Source: Kofleriaceae bacterium (lineage in GTDB: Bacteria; Myxococcota_A; Polyangia; Haliangiales; Haliangiaceae). Taken from it: a stretch of DNA of 64,000 nucleotides. Below the pieces are notes generated by a model. The model made no database searches. It was not told the origin of the DNA and worked only from the letters and a program-made list of their open reading frames with translations. Positions within the stretch are counted from its first letter, which is position 1, and the number at the start of each line of letters is the position of its first letter. Of the stretch, positions 60,605 to 64,000 are shown piece by piece. A program made the position numbers and the translations under genes. The stretch is from assembly GCA_965215005.1 (NCBI GenBank), contig CBDCCZ010000006.1, positions 32,001 through 96,000 on the forward strand. Direction: 5' to 3'.

Positions 60605-62740
60605 TCACTTCTTTTTCTTCTTCTTCTTTTTGCGCGCAGCAGTCTTTGCGCGCCCCGCCGGCTCCGACTCAGCCTGCGCCACAGGAGCCGTTTCGCTTGG
60701 CGGCGCCGCATCGGTTGGCGAGGCGGCATCGGTTTCCGCGACGCCTTGGCGACGCGCGGTCAGAGGCGCCGGAGCCGCATCCAGATCGGCCCGGCTCCAG
60801 CGATTCTCCGCAGGTCGAAACCAGGAAAGCAGTCGCTGCCACAGCGACGGCGGCTCGGGAAGCTCGAGCGCCTCGAAGCTCTCGCCGGCTTCGGCCCTTT
60901 GGTGCAGCTCGGAGCCGGCGCTGAAAAACGCCTCCTCGTCGGCGCTGAACTGCGCGACCGCTGCGGCGGCGCGAGAGGCTCCGCGATGAACCAACGCCGC
61001 CTCGGCCTCATGCGACGCGTCTCGACTATCGGCATCGCTTGGCGCGGCGACCGGCGCGCGGACTGCGGCGTCTGCATCTGCCGCCGCCACCGCAGCACGG
61101 CCAACGCGCGCCGCATCCGCCGCCTCGACCAGAACCGACGGATCGCCCTCGGCAGACGGCTCAGCCGTCACCTCTGCGACGAGGATTTCTCCAGACTTCT
61201 CGTCGGCTGCAGCGCCGGGTCGAGCACCCACCCGCTCGGTCTTGCTGCTCTCGTTTGGCGCGGCAACGTCTTCGTCTGCGGAATGATGTGCGAGCTTTGC
61301 CTCTGCCTTCACGGGATTCATCTCTCGGTGGGATGCTGTCGGAACCGAGACCGCGGGCGCCGCCGCAGCAGTCGCATCGGTCTCACTACTGGGTTTCGCC
61401 AGCGCTTGCCTCACCACGGTCGCCGGCTCGGGCGTGGTCTCGGCGGCGCGGGGCTGCGCGAAATCGGAAGCCGCTTCGGCAGCTCCTAGCGCGCCCTCGC
61501 GGGTGCTCGGCGCTTCGAGCACCTCGGCAACGGAAGCAGATGATCGCTTTGCGTTCGCCAACGCGTGCGACGTTTCTTGCGCGCCAACGACGATCTCTCC
61601 CACCGCTTCGGTGGCAGGGACGACTTGCGAAAGTCCCCCGTCACTTGGCGGCGGCATCGCGCTCGGCAGCAGCACCGTCCAATCGGTGCTCTTGGCCAGC
61701 TCTTCGCCACTTGCCGCATCGGCGAGCTGGGCGTCGGAGCCAAAATCTTGGCTTCCGAGCAGCCACTCCTCGACCTTGAGAGAGCTGCGAGTTGGCTGCC
61801 GCGGTGATCTGCCACCGACGGGGGTGATCACACCGATCCGTCGCAGTTGTTCGGCGACTCGCAAGGTTTCGAAAACTCGAAACGGAGCGTCCTCGATGAC
61901 ATCAGCGACGGTTCTATAGCCATCGAAGAGGCGCAAAACGCCGACGATGTCGCGCGGCATCGTCCGTCCAACCCGGCCCAACATCGCCACGTCGTGCTCG
62001 AAGATCGACGATGGCGATAGACGCGGGGCGACCGCCCGAATCTCGCCAAGAAACCGCGCGGCGTCTGCGAGCAGCTCCTTGCGGTCCAGGGGAATTTGGC
62101 GCCTGCGCACCACCGACTCGGTGCGCATTTCGAATTTGGCTTCGGTCCATAGCAGCAGCTGATGCAAGGCGGCTTGCGCATGCAGCACCCCGACCTGCGC
62201 CGAGGTCACCTCGCCTTCATAGAACCGCAGCTCGCCGCGTCGCAGCCCGCGCACCATCGTGAGCACGCCAGTGGCCTGCACCGCGGACAGCGCGCGCATC
62301 ACGTAATACACGCCGAGGTGATCGCCGAGGTTGCCGGTGGCGACGCGACGATGCGTGCCGGGCTTGGGGCTCACGAGGAGCTTCCCAACGGTCACCACGT
62401 CGCGCAAAAACGCCGGCTGCGACACCACCTCGGCAGCGCCAGCATCAAGCGCTTCTTGCCGCGTAACGCCGTTGCCGAGGTAGAGAATGGGGATCTCGCC
62501 ACCACGATCGGCGATCGCGCTGCGCAAGCTGGCCAGCATCGACTGCGCGCTCTCACGTGAGCCGGCGCCAGCAACGATCAGCTGAGTGGGCTCGTCGTGA
62601 TCGACATCGATCAGCGCACTGACCTGCGATGGCTCCGCCAAAGCCACCACCGCCGAGCCTTCGCGCTCGAACCCGAAGCGCACCGCGGCCTGCACGCGGG
62701 GATCGGACTGCACCAAAATGAGTCGCGAAATTACCGACAT
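60605..62740 (-). CDS. Degenerate receiver + DUF4388/PatA-N-like domain protein with long disordered tail
   Basis: REC-like N-terminus lacking the acidic pocket; TGVLTM..G.RRGELRFYEGEVTSA..G....AALHQLLLW; C-terminal K8. Confidence 0.72.
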   Translation of the reverse strand: MSVISRLILVQSDPRVQAAVRFGFEREGSAVVALAEPSQVSALIDVDHDEPTQLIVAGAGSRESAQSMLASLRSAIADRGGEIPILYLGNGVTRQEALDAGAAEVVSQPAFLRDVVTVGKLLVSPKPGTHRRVATGNLGDHLGVYYVMRALSAVQATGVLTMVRGLRRGELRFYEGEVTSAQVGVLHAQAALHQLLLWTEAKFEMRTESVVRRRQIPLDRKELLADAARFLGEIRAVAPRLSPSSIFEHDVAMLGRVGRTMPRDIVGVLRLFDGYRTVADVIEDAPFRVFETLRVAEQLRRIGVITPVGGRSPRQPTRSSLKVEEWLLGSQDFGSDAQLADAASGEELAKSTDWTVLLPSAMPPPSDGGLSQVVPATEAVGEIVVGAQETSHALANAKRSSASVAEVLEAPSTREGALGAAEAASDFAQPRAAETTPEPATVVRQALAKPSSETDATAAAAPAVSVPTASHREMNPVKAEAKLAHHSADEDVAAPNESSKTERVGARPGAAADEKSGEILVAEVTAEPSAEGDPSVLVEAADAARVGRAAVAAADADAAVRAPVAAPSDADSRDASHEAEAALVHRGASRAAAAVAQFSADEEAFFSAGSELHQRAEAGESFEALELPEPPSLWQRLLSWFRPAENRWSRADLDAAPAPLTARRQGVAETDAASPTDAAPPSETAPVAQAESEPAGRAKTAARKKKKKKKK

Positions 62741-62861
62741 GGCTCAAGAAAAGCGGCTCTGAGTATACCCCTGCCGACCCTGCCGTGCCGATAGCCAATC
62801 CGTTATACTTGCCGGCGTCCGTGTACTACAACACCGCACCAACCACGGTTCCAAGCGCTTC

Positions 62862-64000
62862 GTGATCACCCTGGAAATCGTCGAAGGAAACGCCCGCGGG
62901 CGCGTCCTCGAGCTCGCCGAGCCCATCATCAGCCTCGGGCGTGCCGATAGCAACAGCGTGGTATTGCCCGACTACCACCTGTCGGGTGAGCACGCGCAGA
63001 TTTTTCTCGAAGGCGATCAGTACATCTTTCGCGATTTGCGCTCGACCAACGGCTCGGCGCTTTCGCGCGGCGAGGAGCGCATACCGGTCGATGCGCGCTC
63101 GGATTGGGAAATCACCCTCCGCGATCGAGATCTGCTGTGTCTTGGCGATCCGCGCGCTCCGGTGATCCTCAAAATACGGCTGCGCAACGCGCCCGTCGTC
63201 ACCCCCGATGAGCTTGGCGACCGGCTCATCGCCTCGCGCTCCATCGTCGATCTTCCGGCGGTCACGCATCGGGTCGAGCACGACCCGGTCAGCGCGCTGC
63301 GCGTCTACAAGGCGCTGCAACCGCTCTCTGCGCGCGTAGAGATGGGCGCGGTGCTCGACGCAGTGGTGGATGCCATCTTCGCCTTGTTGTCCACCGCCAC
63401 GCACGTCTCGATCTTGCTGCGCGCCGACACCGATAAAGACCGCTTCACGGTCGCGCTCGCGCGCGAGCGGCCGCGGCCCGGTCGACGTAGCTCGCAGGCC
63501 GATGCCATCAGCGTCGATGCGGTGCGCGCCTCGCGCGCCGTGCTTCGCCGCGTGCTCGCCGATCGCGCCGCGGTGCTCACCGCCAACGCAGCCGAAGAGC
63601 TGGCCAGCTCCGAGTCGATCCTTGGCGGCAAGATCTTGTCGATGATCGCCGTCCCCCTCTGGCGCGGCGATGAAATCACGGGGCTCGTGCAAGCCGATAA
63701 TCGCTCGTCCGCGGGGGTGTTCTCGGAAAAAGATCTCGAGATGGCGCTGCTGCTCGGGTCGCAAGCGGCGCTGGCGCTCGACAACGCCAGCCTGGTCTCG
63801 AAGCTACGCATCGCCGAAGACAAGCTGCGCGGCGAAAACATCTATCTCAAGCGCAAGTCGGAAGCGATCACCTTCGACCGCATCATCGGCGAGTCGAACG
63901 CGATGAAGCAGGTGCTCACTCAGCTCGAGAAGGTCATCGATACGCGCGCCACGGTCTGCATCGAAGGCGAGACCGGCACCGGTAAGGAGCTAATCGCCAG
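62862..64000 (+). CDS. FHA-GAF-sigma54-dependent transcriptional activator (partial)
   Basis: Not in the ORF track (runs off the end). SLGRADSN...SGEHA...DLRSTNGS (FHA), GAF domain, then IIGES...IEGETGTGKELIA. Confidence 0.9.
   Translation, partial: MITLEIVEGNARGRVLELAEPIISLGRADSNSVVLPDYHLSGEHAQIFLEGDQYIFRDLRSTNGSALSRGEERIPVDARSDWEITLRDRDLLCLGDPRAPVILKIRLRNAPVVTPDELGDRLIASRSIVDLPAVTHRVEHDPVSALRVYKALQPLSARVEMGAVLDAVVDAIFALLSTATHVSILLRADTDKDRFTVALARERPRPGRRSSQADAISVDAVRASRAVLRRVLADRAAVLTANAAEELASSESILGGKILSMIAVPLWRGDEITGLVQADNRSSAGVFSEKDLEMALLLGSQAALALDNASLVSKLRIAEDKLRGENIYLKRKSEAITFDRIIGESNAMKQVLTQLEKVIDTRATVCIEGETGTGKELIA

Overview
GC-rich bacterial chromosome segment, most likely Myxococcota. 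This is inferred from a TIGR02266/PilZ-like protein, an AgmX/PglI-type C-terminal domain protein, a bactofilin next to pyrE, a DUF4388-like protein and an FHA-GAF-sigma54 activator. Most of the window is intact core or regulatory genes: usp, pcm, CBS protein, phosphohexomutase, a sigma70-family factor, a KaiC-like ATPase with a hybrid kinase, meaA/meaB, csp, lexA, murJ, a 7-heme cytochrome, a cN-II nucleotidase, hpt, a diguanylate cyclase, a PilT paralog, alaS, gshA and pyrE. A decaying accessory island (~23.6-32.7 kb) lies at the 3' end of a tRNA-Leu. It holds a MITE-like element, a head-to-tail tandem of IS630 elements each carrying a LexA-like DNA-binding passenger gene, a triply frameshifted HEAT-repeat gene, a two-domain unknown, a DinG helicase, an excisionase and a tyrosine integrase. 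The most notable signals are: the tRNA-Leu has the rare AAG anticodon; the IS630 regenerates its own CTAG target and carries a peptidase-less LexA-like gene; many genes look leaderless, including two apparently sigma54-driven ones; a multi-hairpin candidate RNA follows csp; and an in-frame palindromic insert sits in the phosphohexomutase. All product calls come from motifs recognised by eye; no database searches were run.
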